From an uncultured Verrucomicrobiae bacterium (lineage in GTDB: Bacteria; Verrucomicrobiota; Verrucomicrobiia; Chthoniobacterales; JAFAMB01): a stretch of DNA of 64,000 bases. The position numbers were made by a program, and so were the translations under genes. The stretch is taken from contig CAWEXO010000003.1 in assembly GCA_963813025.1 (NCBI GenBank), forward strand, positions 22,607 through 86,606, read 5' to 3'. Shown one piece after another: positions 22,254 through 34,898 of the stretch. Position 1 is the stretch's first letter; each line of letters starts with the position of its first letter. The notes beneath the pieces were generated by a model. It saw only the letters and a program-made list of their open reading frames with translations. It was not told where the DNA came from and made no database searches.

Positions 22254-23269
22254 ATGGCCACTCCCCAGACAAACAAAGACGCCGCCGCAACGCAGACAGC
22301 GGCCGCCCCAGCCGCCCGGCCCGGAGCCTCATGGGCTAGTAAGCTCATTGGCGTGCAAGGCCCCCTAATCGGGCTGGTGGTGCTTTGCATCGTATTTTCC
22401 TTCGCGACCAGCGCGTTCCTTTCGTTTCGAAACCTACTGAATGTTCTGGATCAGGTCACGGTGCTAGGGATCCTGTCGATCGGCATGACGGCGGTGATCG
22501 TGATCGGCGGCATCGATCTATCCGTAGGATCGATCCTGGCCTTTTCCATGATGATCCTGGGATGGCTGAGTCACGATTGTAATCTGCCGCTGATCGTTGC
22601 GATCGTAGTGGCTCTCCTGGTGGGTGCTCTGTGCGGTTGGGTCAATGGTTTGCTTGTTACCAGGGCCAAGCTGCCAGCCTTCATCGCCACCTTAAGCATG
22701 ATGACCATCGCTCGCGGCCTGGCGAACATCATCACTGACGGACGCCAGATCGTAGGTTATCCCGATTGGTTCGACAGCTTTGCTACCCTCCGTTATTTTG
22801 GATTTCTCTCTCTAACGGTCACGTTGGCCGTCGTGTTGGTCATCGCAAGTTGGATTTTCTTGCGTTACCGCGCGGCGGGCCGCGGGCCTTTACGCCATCG
22901 GCGGCAGCGCCGAGGTGGCGCGCCTGGCGGGGTATACGCGTTCGACAAATGACGACGTGGGTCTACGTGGCGTCCGGACTCCTTTCGGGCCTGGCGGGCA
23001 TCGTTCTGGCAAGCCGGTTGGATTCTTCCCAGCCCAGTGCCGGCCTGGGTTACGAACTTGACGCAATCGCGGCCGTGGTCATCGGCGGCGCCAGTTTGAG
23101 CGGCGGCGTTGGCGGAATCGGCGGCACGGTGGTGGGCGTCCTGATCATCGGCGTGCTGCACAACGGCCTGAACTTGACGGGCGTTTCCCCCTTCATCCAG
23201 CAGGTGGTCATCGGCGTAGTGATCGCGCTGGCGGTCAGCTCCGATACGCTGCGCCGCCGAGCAGCTTGA
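22254..23269 (+). CDS. Sugar ABC transporter permease, frameshifted
   Basis: GGIDLSVG and [19 protein letters not shown] motifs. Confidence 0.9.
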
Positions 23270-23379
23270 TCATGACAAAAAACCAATACGTGTGCGTTGG
23301 GCCGCCAGTCTCTAAATTCTCATCCTAAAGAAAAACAAACCCTAAAAAAACCTAACCTTAGCATTTCCATTATACTAAT

Positions 23380-24320
23380 ATGTTCCTCCGAAAAGCATTC
23401 TTTGCCACTGCCCTCACCGCTTCGAGTCTGTTGCTTAGCCCTGCAACCGGCTCAGCCCAGGAGAAAAAATTGGTCGGCTTGGCCGTTGCCAACTTGCAGG
23501 CGGATTTTTTCAATCAGATCAAGCAATCCGTGGACGCCGAAGCCAAGGCCAAAGGCGTTAACCTCATCGTGGTCGGATGCGAAAGGCGACGCGGCCACCC
23601 AAGTCGACCAGATACAAGACCTGATCACCCGCGGGATCAAAGCGATAATCTACATCCCGGCGGGCGCCACGGCCGCGGGGGTCCCAGTAAAAGCGGCCAG
23701 AAAGGCCAATATTCCCGTCGTCAACGTGGATCGAAACGCCCCCGACGCGCCGGGCGATACCTTCATTGCGACAGACAGCGTTGCGGCGGCCAAAACGCTC
23801 GGGGAACACGTTTGCAAGGTCACCGGCGGTAAAGCCAATATCGCCATCATTCAAGGCCAACTGGGCACCACGCCTGAAATGGATCGCGATAAAGGCTTTA
23901 ACGAGGCGGTGGCCAACTGCCCCGGCATCAAGGTGGTGGCAAAGCAACCCAGCAAGGCGTGGATGCAAGATGAGGGCTTTGCGATAGCCCAGGACATGCT
24001 GCAGCGCTACCCCAACATCAGATACCTTTTTCGGCCGGGCGGACGCACTGGCCCTCGGGGCGGCTCATGCCGTGAAGGTGGCCAACGTGGGCCACAAGGT
24101 TTGGATCTTCGGCTTTGACGGTGACGTGGCCGGACTCAAAGCCGTTCGTGATGGAACGCTGGATGCGACCATGACTCAGAAGACGCAGTATATGGGTAGG
24201 CTGGCGCTGGATTCGGCCCTGGACCTCATCGGCGGCAAGCAGCTGCCGAAGGAACAGCTGCAAGAGGCGGTCCTGACGACTAAGGAAAACGTGGGTACCT
24301 TTATCGATAAACATCCCTAG
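23380..24320 (+). CDS. Sugar/polyol ABC transporter substrate-binding protein, frameshifted
   Basis: Signal peptide, VANLQADFFNQIK, PVVNVDR, FGFDG, ATMTQ. Confidence 0.88.
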
Positions 24321-24342
24321 ACAACAACAGGAACACAGCCGG

Positions 24343-25883
24343 ATGAGTTCACGCAGTGCCAATGCGGTCGCCGACGGGGCGCAGGACGCCTCTCAACGGG
24401 AAGCCGAGCCGAGGCTATCCTTGCGCGGCATCGAGAAAAGCTTCGACACCAACGTGGTTCTGTCCGGTATCGACTTGGACGTTTATGAAGGGGAGCTCGT
24501 TGCCTTGCTTGGAGAAAACGGGGCAGGCAAGTCTACAATGTCGTCGATCATCGCGGGGATTTTTCCGCCCATCTGCTGGCACGATGACGTGGGAGGGTAA
24601 GCCCTACGCGCCCACCCGGCCGGGGGAGGCCATCGAAACCGGCATCGGGCTGATTCACCAGGAAATGCGGCTCTTGCCCGATTTGTCGATAGCCGAAAAC
24701 GTCTTCGTCGGCCGGCTTTTAATGAAAGGAGGCAGGATCGACCGCGAGACCATGAATCAGCGCGCGGCCGAGCAACTCCGCACGGCTCGGCCTGGACGTC
24801 TCGCCAACGACCCTCGTTCGGACCTTAAGGGTCGCCGCGCAGCAACAGGTCGAAATCGCCAAAGCCCTCACGCTCAAAGCGAGGCTCTTGATTCTGGATG
24901 AACCTACCGCGGCACTGGGCGGAGAGGAAACGGAACGGCTTTTTGCGCAAATCGACCAGCTGCGCAAACAAGGAGTAAGCTTCATCTACATCAGTCATCG
25001 CCTTGAGGAGATAGCGCGTATCGCGAACCGTATCGTGGTGTTGCGCGACGGCCGGCTGGTGGCCACGCATTCTTCGGCGCAGGTGCCTGTAAACGTGTTG
25101 CTCGAAAACATGGTGGGGCGAAATGTCGACCGAATTTTTCCAAAGCTTGAGGAGCCCACCGGCAAGGAAGTCTTCCGCGTGGAGGGATTGACGGGAGCCA
25201 ATAGCGCGTTTCGGGACGTCAGCTTTTCGGTGAAGGCCGGTGAGATTTTTGGCATTGCCGGTATCGTCGGGGCTGGGCGCACGGAGCTGGTTCGCGCGAT
25301 CGCGGGCGCGGATCCGCTCGTGGCCGGTTCGGTCTTCGTCGATGGAAAAGAGGTTCAACTCAAGGCGCCTGAGGATGCGATCAAAGCAGGAGTAGTGCTG
25401 GTACCGGAAGACCGCAAAGCGCAAGGGGTAGTGCTGAATCATACGGTCGCCACCAACCTCGCGCTCGGCAACTTTGATCGACTGGCTCCCGCTGGCTGGC
25501 TGATGCCGGCGGAAGTCGCCTCCTTTGCTGCAAACGCTATTAAGCGCCTCGGAGTCAAGGGTCAGGCCAATCAGTTGATGCGTTTTCTTTCCGGCGGTAA
25601 TCAGCAGAAAGCGATCATAGCCCGGTGGATTTCCCGTTCGCCAAAGGTCTTCATGCTCGATGAACCCACCCGCGGGATCGACATGGGCGCGCGGGCTGCA
25701 ATCTATGAGACCATCGCCGGACTAGCCAGAGAGGGAATGGCGGTCATCGTCGTCAGCTCGGACCTTGAGGAGGTTATCGGCCTGTCTCACCGGGTGCTTG
25801 TGCTCGCCCGCGGCCGATTACAGGGCACTTTAAAACATAGTGAAGTAACCAACGTCGCAATCATGGAATTAGCAACACGCTAA
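24343..25883 (+). CDS. Sugar ABC transporter ATP-binding protein, frameshifted
   Basis: GENGAGKS, LDEPT, LSGGNQQK, DEPTRGID. Confidence 0.9.
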
Positions 25884-25925
25884 AGCAGCATGCGCGTTGC
25901 ACAAAAGCCTAACTAAACTATTGGA

Positions 25926-26693
25926 ATGATGGATTTATTCAGCCTTGAAGGAAAGATTTCGTTTGTTACCGGAGCGGGCAGCGGCATCGGCCAACGCATC
26001 GCCCTAGGGTTGGCCGAAGCGGGCGCCTCCGTCGGATGCTTCGACTTGAGGTCGAGTAAGGGCCTGGAAGGCACGGCCGAACAGATTAAAGGTCTTGGCC
26101 GTCAAGCCATCGCATTAATGGGCGACGTCACGCAAGCCACTGATCTGCGCCAAGCCATCGACGCCGTGGAAAAGGAGCTTGGGCCGCTCACGGTCGCAGT
26201 CAATTGCGCCGGCATCGCCAACGCCGCGCCCGCCGAAGAAATGCCGCCGGAGCAATGGCAGCGGGTGATCGACATTAACCTCACGGGCACCTTCCTTTCG
26301 TGCCAGGCGGAGGGGAAAGTTATGCTGCCGCGCAAACAGGGTTCGATCGTTAACATCGCTTCCATGTCAGGCATCATCGTGAACCGCGGGCTCTTGCAAG
26401 CCCATTACAACACTTCCAAAGCCGGGGTCATTCACTTGTCCAAAAGCTTGGCTATGGAATGGAGCAATCGCGGCGTTCGCGTTAACTCGATCAGCCCCGG
26501 CTACACGGCCACGCCGATGAACCTGCGCCCGGAGGTGGCGGAACAAGTCAAGCAGTTCGAGGCCGACACACCGCTGGGACGCATGGCCACCGTCGATGAG
26601 TTGGTCGGGCCGGCTGTGTTCTTGTCAAGCCCAGCGGCGTCCTTCTGCACGGGCATTGATCTGGTTGTCGATGGCGGATTCGTTTGCTGGTGA
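25926..26693 (+). CDS. SDR oxidoreductase (polyol dehydrogenase-like)
   Basis: TGAGSGIG, NIASMSG, YNTSK motif; intact 255 aa. Confidence 0.92.
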   Translation: MMDLFSLEGKISFVTGAGSGIGQRIALGLAEAGASVGCFDLRSSKGLEGTAEQIKGLGRQAIALMGDVTQATDLRQAIDAVEKELGPLTVAVNCAGIANAAPAEEMPPEQWQRVIDINLTGTFLSCQAEGKVMLPRKQGSIVNIASMSGIIVNRGLLQAHYNTSKAGVIHLSKSLAMEWSNRGVRVNSISPGYTATPMNLRPEVAEQVKQFEADTPLGRMATVDELVGPAVFLSSPAASFCTGIDLVVDGGFVCW

Positions 26694-27063
26694 GGTGTTC
26701 ACCATCGACCCGTGATTTTCCGTTACATTGGGAGAGAACTCGTTGGGGTCGTCGCCACTAACTCCGCGAGCGTAGTTGATTCCCCGGGTGTTCATCGCTC
26801 TTTGCTAGAGCTGCACGTTGTGAGTGGCGCTGTTGGCAAGAAAAAAGTTCCGCGCTTCCGGGGAGCGCCAAATGGCCCCTCATGACACAACTGTTGGAAA
26901 GGCTAGAATGCATGAAGTCGATTTCAAAAAGGAGGGGTGATGACGTCCATTTGTCCATTCTCGTCCTGCGCCCACCGCAGCCAAGTACTGCCAAATTGAG
27001 AAGAGGGTTCGCCAAGATTGGCCCAGCGAGGTTGGCGCCTTTGTACATGATTTAGATCTGTAG

Positions 27064-27306
27064 ATGAAACTCGATGATCACGGAAGGGAGACATTACCAA
27101 GGGCTTCCGTTATTATCGAATTTGACGGCAAGAGCGTGACCGACAGCTGCCATTTTCGACTCATGGTGGCCGAGAAACCGCCTGGGTCTGAGGTAAGCGT
27201 CAAAGTCTTTCGTGACGGCAAACAGCAAACTTTCACTGTCGAGCTCGGCGAATTGGCTTCGGAGGATCTGTTCCAGCCCGGCGGACCTAGCGACACTTGG
27301 CGGTAA
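27064..27306 (+). pseudogene. PDZ-domain fragment of a DegP/HtrA-type protease
   Basis: IIEFDGKSV...LMVAEKPPGSEVSVKVFRDGKQQTFTVELGEL; no protease domain upstream. Confidence 0.6.
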
Positions 27307-27778
27307 CGAGCGAAGATGCCGGCTTCGGCTATGGGAGATTACGCGTGTTGCTGGTACGTTAATGGTCGCCATTCCAAAAATAACTCCAACGTCGGACAAC
27401 TCGGAATCTAGGGACTCTCCGAAATCGGTAAGCTGACGACGCTAACGTACTTCGTCGTCATTCTTTGGTCCTTCGCTGACAAGGATCTCCATAGAAATCA
27501 AGAGCCCACTTTTCGTAAGCTGCATTATTCGGAGTGACGTTGCCGTTGAAAATCTCATGCACGTGAAAGACCAGAAGACTTGCAGGAATCGGAAACGCAC
27601 ACCATAGGAGGGCGAAACTAATTTTTTGCGAAACTATTTTTTTCTTCGTAGCCGGTTGCCGAGCACAAGTTTGGAGGATACTTCACCAAAATTCGCAAAG
27701 CGGCTTCGTCGTCCACTGATAAGCTCGAGAAAGTTCTCTGTTCTTCAATGGACGAGCCGCAGAATCACGAACATCATT

Positions 27779-28443
27779 ATGACAACGAACAAGCAGACAC
27801 GAAGCGATGATTCGATTCGAGACGATGTCCTTTTTGAATTGAAATGGGACCCGAAAATTAACTCCAGCGATATCGCTGTAGCCGTCAAAAACGGGGTGGC
27901 GACGCTAAGTGGGTTTGCGTCGAGTTATTGGGAAGACTGGAAGCCGAAAAGGCGGCGAAACGCGTCTACGGAGTCCGTGGAGTTGCGAACGATATCCGCG
28001 TGAAGCCGCTTTTTAGCCGAACTGACCCCGAAGTTGCGCGGGACGCGGTACCCGAACTGGAGAGCCACGTCAGTATCCCCGCCGATCGAATTCAAGTAAC
28101 CGTAAAAGATGGATGGGTAACGCTGGAAGGAACCGTGGACTGGCAATTTCAGCGGACCTTGGCCGAGTCGGCGGTGAAGAAGCTGCGTGGAGTGGTCGGG
28201 ATTACCAACAGCATCCAGGTTAAGTCGAAGGTCTCTCCGACGGAAATCAAAAACAAGATCGAAGATGCCCTGCGCCGGAGTGCGGAGTTGGATGCTAATC
28301 AGATTACGGTGCAAGTGGATGGCGGAACGGTAAAACTTTATGGCCTTGTGCGATCCTGGGCGGAGAAAGACGAGGCAGAAAGAGCGGCTTGGTCAGTTCC
28401 TGGAACGGTAAACGTGGAGAACCACATTGATGTAGAGCCATAA
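27779..28443 (+). CDS. BON-domain (OsmY-like) protein, one frameshift
   Basis: Three repeats of the type V.VK.G.VTL.G.V...GV.GV.N.I.V. Confidence 0.88.
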
Positions 28444-28509
28444 GGTAGACAGTGAATCAGCGCTCCCGAGGAGTGCGATAAAGAAAGTCAAAATACAAAG
28501 AGCTATACC

Positions 28510-29076
28510 GTGGATAAATTGGATATGAACGCGCCACTTCTACGCGAAGTGGCTGGCTATGATTGGTTGAACCTCGCCCTGCGCGGAGCGGTAGCGGTGG
28601 TCTTCGGTTTGATAACGTTCTTCCTGCCGGGAATTACCCTGTTCTTTCTCGTGATGCTTTTCGGGGTCTACGCCCTGGTCGACGGCATCCTCAGCTTGAT
28701 CTCGGCTTTCCGCGCTCCTGCCCGGCATTGGCCGCTCTTCCTGGAAGGGATTGTGGGATAGCCGCTGGACTTCTGACGTTTTTCTGGCCGGGCATTACGG
28801 CGGGAGTGCTGGTCTGCCTCATCGGTTTTTTGGGCGATCGTTACCGGCGTTCTTGAGATCGTGGCGGGCATCCGTTTGCGCAAAAGAAATCCATCGTGAG
28901 TGGCTGTTGATCGGAATGGTATTTTATCAGTATTATTTGGAGTGCTGGTTTTTCTGTTTCCGGTAGCTGCCGCGTTGGCGATAGTATTCTGGATTGGCGC
29001 TTACGCGCTGGTTTTCGGTGCGTTTCTAAGCGCGTTGTCGCTGCGCGTTCGCGGTCAATCTCATCTGGCTACCTAG
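28510..29076 (+). CDS. HdeD/DUF308-family membrane protein, frameshifted
   Basis: LALRGAVAVVFGL..FFLPGITL..LV.LFGVYALVDG; repeated hydrophobic hairpins. Confidence 0.8.
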
Positions 29077-29229
29077 GTGATGTCTGCCTGGGAGACTTTT
29101 ACATCGATCTTAGGGATCCAAACTTCGCCAAAATGCAGGGGTGGCTCTTTGCGACCTCAGATCCAACGTGAGAGGCTAGAATTGGGGTGGGAGGCATTCT
29201 TAAAGAAATTCGCCTTTTAGTTCTTCGCC

Positions 29230-30333
29230 AGTTTCTCCGACGAATTCTATAAAGGGCCGGTTGAGAAACGTGGGCTCGGAAGGCGTCGGATGGAAGTCGA
29301 CGGACAATGCGAAGGTAAGCGATTGGTTGAGGTGAAATTGGCTGGGATCCAGCGCAACAGCAGCGGACCGGGAACCTGCTCTTTGGAAGTAGGGTTGGCC
29401 GAAGGCCGGCGCATTGAAGTCAGGCGGGACTTTGATGCTGAAACTTCAGCGCGCTTGATCCGAACCCTCGAGGAGATCTGATCGGTGTTTGGGCTTGGAC
29501 CGACAACCAGGATCTATGTCGCTCTTGGAGCCATCGACCTGCGCAAGGGACTGAGGTTCGCAGAGTATAAGGTCCGGGTATTGGCAGAGAGACTGCGTCT
29601 GGTACGGATCGAGAAGTACGGGCCCGAAAGCGAGAAGCTCTCCGACGCGCAACTGGAATTGCTCGAATTGGAGCCCGGGGTCAGCAGGGCCGAAGTAGAG
29701 GCCGAGAGTCAACGAGACTAAACGCAACGCCGCTTAAAGCTGCGCGCAAGCATCCGGGCCGGCAGGAACTACCAGCGGTCCAGATGCACGATGGCAGAGG
29801 AAAAAACCACCAAGCCGACCTTTGGCAATACAGTCGGCCGGCCGGGGCGGCGGTCTTCGACTTTCGAATGGGTCGCGAGCAAGAAGGACCCAAACGGTTC
29901 CTGGGTAATTTCGAAGGCATTCTGCAGTGTGATGGTTACGGGGCGTACGATCATGTCGGTGGACCCAAGATCGTGCTTACAGCGTGTTGGGCGCATGCCA
30001 GGCGCAAGTTCTTCGAAACGGTCAAACTCAATCCCAAAGATCAAACTTCGATCCGGATCGTGGCGCAGATGGATTTGCTTTCTGCCATCGATGAAAAGGC
30101 TCGGGCTCAGAAATTAACCCAGAGTGATCGTCACCTTCACGACAGCAAAAAGCGCGGCCGCTGCTGGAGCAGATTAAAGAGGCAATCGAAGCGGCACGGG
30201 TGCTCAGTGCTGCCCGGGTTAGGCGATTTTCCAATCGGCCGAATCGCCGAGCTCACTCCAACAGAATGGGCGGACCGAAACTGACGAACTAAATCCGGTG
30301 GCCCCGCCAATCGTGTGTTTGCTACCCGGATAC
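29230..30333 (+). mobile_element. Internally deleted IS66-family element (TnpA/TnpB/TnpC fragments)
   Basis: MFGLGPTTRIYVALGAIDLRKG (TnpB start) is fused to TnpC pieces (LQCDGYGAY, ACWAHARRKF, IAELTPTEW); the end ...CCGGATAC resembles an IS66 TIR. Left boundary is approximate. Confidence 0.85.
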
Positions 30334-30436
30334 GTAACTGGTGCGTTTTTAGTTCCGCTATGGGACCAAAGAAGTCGTATGTGCATGCAGCGCAATGTGA
30401 TTAATTGATGGATCGACAGGAAGTCGTTTTCCCTCC

Positions 30437-32704
30437 ATGAAAAGAAAAACCCTCGTTCTATTTATGCAGGCAATAGTCGCCTGCGCGGCAGTTTACGTTG
30501 GTCAGCAATCGATCAAAGCTCAAGGCGTCGCTCCCGGCGGCCCCGGCGGTAACGCAGATTGGTTGCCATCGAACAAAACCGGTTTCGGCACGAGCTACAC
30601 CACCGCGAGCAACGTATGGTTCACTCTGGAGGGCGGCCGTCTAAGCGAGGTCTACTACCCTCTCCTCGACACGCCCAGCGTCCGTAACCTCGATTTTGTC
30701 GTCACCGATGGGCAGAGCTTTGCGGTCAAGGCCCAGGACGCGTCCACTTCCACGCGGCTTGTGAACCCGAATCAAGGGCGGCGTGAAGAGGATCACGGGT
30801 GGCGTATGGACGGAGACGATCCCAACAGCCTGACCTACCAGATTGTCAACACTGACACCGCCAATCGGTGGCGCCTCACCACCACCTTCGTTACGGATCC
30901 CTCTCGGACAACCCTGCTCATCGAGGTTGAGTTTACCTCTTTGAACGGCCAGCCTTACCAGCTCTACGCAATCTTCCATCCGCAGCTTAACAACCCGACG
31001 GTGGAGGCACCCCTTAACGAGTCAGGGATGACGCAGGGCAACGCGCTACTGGCCTCTGACGCGCAGGGCAAGGTCGCGAGCGCGTTTGTCGCGTCGCCCG
31101 CCTTTACGGAGACCTCCAACGGCTACCTGGGTACGAGTGACGGCGGGACGGACTTGAGCCAGCACTACCGGCTAACCGCCCACTACAGCTCCGCGCCGAA
31201 CGGAACCGTGGTGCAGACCGGCCGGTTACCCCTGACGGGGCTCTGGGGCAGTCGCCACCTCACGCTCGCGCTCGGCTTTGCCGCCGCCGAGTCCGCTGCG
31301 CTCGATACGGCAAACGCCTCGCTGGGGGCCGGGTTCCACCAAATCTCTGAGGAATACGCCGAGGGTTGGGACCAATACCTGAACTCTTTGCACGATGCTC
31401 CGCCGAGCCTTTTTACCAAGCACCAACGCCAGCTGTACGCCGTTTCTGCGATGGTGCTCGCCGCCAGCGAGGACAAGACCTTCCGGGGTGGCTTCGTCGC
31501 CTCCCCGACGATGCCGTGGGCGTGGGGAACCGGCTTGTTTAATCCCTCCGCCCCCTACCACGCGGTGTGGTCCCGCGACCTGTACGAAATCGTAACGGCG
31601 CTTCTCGTCGACGGGGACCTGGCCGGCGCGGGCCGCGCCTTGGACTACCTCTTTAATGTCCAGCAAAAGCCCGATGGCTCCTTCCCCCAAAACTCCAAGC
31701 TCGACAGCACGCCGGTTTTCGGCGGCTTGCAGCTTGACGAAGTGGGCGACCCGATCATTCTCGCTTACCAGCTCGGCCACACGGACGCCGCCACTTGGTC
31801 GCACGTCAAACGGGCAGCTGACTTCCTGGTGAACTTCATGACGACCGACACGTTCGGCACGCACCACGCCCCCTACACCCCGGGCGAGCGGTGGGAAAAC
31901 CAGAGCGGCTATTCCCCCTCGTCCACCGCCAGCGAGATCGCCGGCCTGGTGTGCGCGGCCCACATTGCCCAAGCCAACGGCGACGCGGTATCCGCGCAGC
32001 TTTACCTTAACACGGCCGACTCCTGGCAGTCGCAGTTGGAAATATGGATGGTGACCACAAACGGGCCCTTCAGCCCGTTGCCGTACTACCTGCGCCTGAC
32101 CAAGGACGGCATGCCCAACGTCGGCACCACCTACGGCCTCGGGGACGGCGGTCCGAGTGTCATCGACCAACGCAAGGTAGCTGACGCCGGTTTCCTTGAG
32201 TTGGTGCGCCTTGGAATCAAGCCCGCCTACGACGTGGTGATTATCAACAGCCTCCAGGTAGTCGATGCGCAGATCGCCACGACGACCCCCAACGGCACCT
32301 TTTGGCACCGCTACAACTTCGACGGATACGGCGAGACGGCCACCGGTGCCCCGTGGGGCGTGACTTCACCTGACACTTTCACGACCCATGGCCGGCTCTG
32401 GCCCATTTTCGCCGGAGAACGCGGTGAATACGACTTGGCGGCTTACAACGTGTTTGGAGCGGAGGCGCACCTTATTGCTATAAGCCGTACCTCGAACGAT
32501 GGTGATTTGCTGCCCGAGCAGGTCTGGGATAACCAGCCGCCGATTGGCCAGCCTGGCTTCGCGTCAGGCACCGGCACTTTCTCGGCCACTCCCCTGGCCT
32601 GGACGCACGCCCAGTTCATTCGGCTTGCCTTCGACATCGCGGCCGGCCGCTTACTCGAGCAACCTGCAATCGTCGCGGATCGCTATCTCCATCGCCAGCA
32701 TTAG
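30437..32704 (+). CDS. Secreted glycoside hydrolase family 15 (glucoamylase/glucodextranase-like)
   Basis: Signal peptide, glucodextranase-type N-domain (VWFTLEGGRLSEVYYP), YHAVWSRDLY, ERWENQ, LPEQVWD, SATPLAWTHAQF. Confidence 0.92.
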   Translation: MKRKTLVLFMQAIVACAAVYVGQQSIKAQGVAPGGPGGNADWLPSNKTGFGTSYTTASNVWFTLEGGRLSEVYYPLLDTPSVRNLDFVVTDGQSFAVKAQDASTSTRLVNPNQGRREEDHGWRMDGDDPNSLTYQIVNTDTANRWRLTTTFVTDPSRTTLLIEVEFTSLNGQPYQLYAIFHPQLNNPTVEAPLNESGMTQGNALLASDAQGKVASAFVASPAFTETSNGYLGTSDGGTDLSQHYRLTAHYSSAPNGTVVQTGRLPLTGLWGSRHLTLALGFAAAESAALDTANASLGAGFHQISEEYAEGWDQYLNSLHDAPPSLFTKHQRQLYAVSAMVLAASEDKTFRGGFVASPTMPWAWGTGLFNPSAPYHAVWSRDLYEIVTALLVDGDLAGAGRALDYLFNVQQKPDGSFPQNSKLDSTPVFGGLQLDEVGDPIILAYQLGHTDAATWSHVKRAADFLVNFMTTDTFGTHHAPYTPGERWENQSGYSPSSTASEIAGLVCAAHIAQANGDAVSAQLYLNTADSWQSQLEIWMVTTNGPFSPLPYYLRLTKDGMPNVGTTYGLGDGGPSVIDQRKVADAGFLELVRLGIKPAYDVVIINSLQVVDAQIATTTPNGTFWHRYNFDGYGETATGAPWGVTSPDTFTTHGRLWPIFAGERGEYDLAAYNVFGAEAHLIAISRTSNDGDLLPEQVWDNQPPIGQPGFASGTGTFSATPLAWTHAQFIRLAFDIAAGRLLEQPAIVADRYLHRQH

Positions 32705-32877
32705 CCAAACGTGCAGCCAAAACCAATTCTGGACTAGCGCTACAACAAAGTCTGGGACAAGCGCGTGCCTATCCACCGGCTTCAATTCCTCTGAGCTTTT
32801 CTGACTCCGGTTGATGCTCTGAATCTGCCCGTTCTGCGAGAGTCAACTCGTCGATGAGTTGGCGCATTCGCTTATAA

Positions 32878-33396
32878 ATCGACGAATCGGACGCAAGTAA
32901 CTACCTTTGGGAGCAGTTCGAAGCCCTGGAGCCGGCGCCAATGCTTTTGGGCTTCCAGGCCGAGTTTAAAGACCATGGTCAGTGTCGCGATTCGTGAACC
33001 GGAACCCTTGGTTCGGTGAGTTCGCAGCCGAACGGTAGCGAAGGTGGATTCGATGGGATTGGTGGTCCGTAAATGCGGCCAATGTTGGGCCGGGAAGTCG
33101 TAAAAGGTAAACAGGACTTCTTGATCTTTCTGCAGGCACTCGCAGGCTTGAGGGAATTTAGCCCGGTAACTGGAGATGAACTGATCATAGGCTGCCAGAG
33201 CTGCTTTGCGGGTCGGCGCCAGGGCTGGAATCAGCGCATCAATGCTGGGAGCGCGACGCATGTACTTGGGCAGAATCGCACTGGAAAATCGACCCCTGTC
33301 ACGAGGCGTCCTCGAGTAAGGCTGCCGTGTTTCTTTTTCTCACTGAAAGGATGCGGCTTTCTTCATCTCCTCATCCACAAAATTCGGTTATAGCTC
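32878..33396 (-). mobile_element. Internally deleted, truncated copy of the IS256 element
   Basis: Near-identical to parts of 10454-11861, including the CACAAAATTCGGTTATAGCTC end; frame jumps IPAL|APTRKAAL. Confidence 0.9.
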
Positions 33397-33860
33397 TAAT
33401 TGATGGAGGCCAAAGCGTAACCATCCCCTAAAAGTTGTAAATCATTTGGATTCAAACTATCGCCAAACTTATCTCCGTGAGCAGATCCCGCCGCAGTGAA
33501 CGTAAACAATCAGCGGCATATTCTTTTGGTTAGTTGGCCAATAAAGATCTAGCTGCTGTTGGTAATCCAATTCATTGTTTCCGTTAAGCGGGGGGTGAAG
33601 AAGCTTTTTACCATCGGGTTTGCTTAAACGGGATTTGATCACAGTAGAACCTACATGCCTACATGCGCCGGTTCATCTCGGCCTTTTCCGCGCACGCGTA
33701 CGTCCTTCTCCCAAAATTGCCCGATAGGTGTCACTTCCGCTATTCGACCTTAGTGCAATGTATTGTCTCTGCCGGGGCGAGCAGGCGGCACTTCTCGTGA
33801 ATGTTGCGCGAGTAGATGTTCCACGATTGACAAACAGCGTGCATTGCAAGAGGGAACCTT

Positions 33861-34898
33861 ATGAAATTTGCCGCACTTGTTTTCCTCTCCACAGTCGCCT
33901 ACGCTATGGCGCAAGGCGAGTCTTCGTCCGCTCCGGAGCTAAAATTTGGAGATCTTGGGGACTTCAAGCTCGAAAGTGGCGCGGTCATACGGGAGTGCCG
34001 CATCGGCTACCACACGTTGGGGAAGTTAAATGATGATAAGTCGAACGTGGTGCTGTGGCCGACCTGGTTCACCGGCAGCTCAAAGCAGCTCATTCCCCTC
34101 GTGGGTCCCGACGGGTATGTTGACCCTTCGCGCTTCTTCGTAATTTTCGTTGACGCTCTCGGCAACGGGGTCTCTTCCTCTCCATCCAACAGCTCCGTCC
34201 AGCCTCGCATGGCCTTTCCCGTCTTCACGATCGGCGACATGGTCAATTCTCAGTACCGCCTGCTTACGGAGAACCTCGGGATCAATCATATTCGCGCGGT
34301 GATGGGCATCTCGATGGGAGGCATGCAGACATTCCAGTGGATTGTTTCTCACCCCGAATTTATGGACAAAGCCGTGGCAATTGTCGGCTCACCGCGGCTC
34401 ACCGCCTACGATCTGCTGCTTTGGCGCAGCGAGCAGAGCGCAATCGAAGAGGACAAGGACTGGAACGGCGGCAATTATACCACCGAGCCACGTCTCGACA
34501 CTGTCGCAGAGATCCACAACCTGGCTCTCACCACCCCTTCTTATCGCGTTCGCGAAACCGCGGCGGCCAAGTTTCCGGAGTTTCTTGATGGAATCGATAA
34601 GGACGGTCTCGGGCGCATGGACGCCAACGATTGGCTGCGTCAGCTCCAAGCGATGATGACCCACAACATTGCCGCACCTTTCGGCGATTCCCTCGAGAGC
34701 GCCGCTAAGCAAGTCAAGGCGAAGGTGATGGTGGTGGCAGCAACGCAGGACCATATGGTGAATCCCACACCGGCCATGGAGCTTGCCGGGATTCTCCATG
34801 CCACAGTTGTGCAGCTGACGGGCGACTGCGGCCACCTTGAGCCGGGCTGCGACAAAGCCGAGGCTGCTCCGAAGGTCAGGGAGTTTATCGCTCAGTGA
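33861..34898 (+). CDS. Alpha/beta hydrolase, homoserine O-acetyltransferase-like fold, with signal peptide
   Basis: GDFKLESG, GISMGG nucleophile elbow, C-terminal D and GH catalytic residues. Confidence 0.85.
   Translation: MKFAALVFLSTVAYAMAQGESSSAPELKFGDLGDFKLESGAVIRECRIGYHTLGKLNDDKSNVVLWPTWFTGSSKQLIPLVGPDGYVDPSRFFVIFVDALGNGVSSSPSNSSVQPRMAFPVFTIGDMVNSQYRLLTENLGINHIRAVMGISMGGMQTFQWIVSHPEFMDKAVAIVGSPRLTAYDLLLWRSEQSAIEEDKDWNGGNYTTEPRLDTVAEIHNLALTTPSYRVRETAAAKFPEFLDGIDKDGLGRMDANDWLRQLQAMMTHNIAAPFGDSLESAAKQVKAKVMVVAATQDHMVNPTPAMELAGILHATVVQLTGDCGHLEPGCDKAEAAPKVREFIAQ

Noticed and set aside
31226..32308. 360-aa antisense ORF and similar long shadow ORFs (e.g. 60492-61433, 24825-25442)
   Set aside because: They lie opposite well-supported genes in GC-rich sequence and show no motifs.
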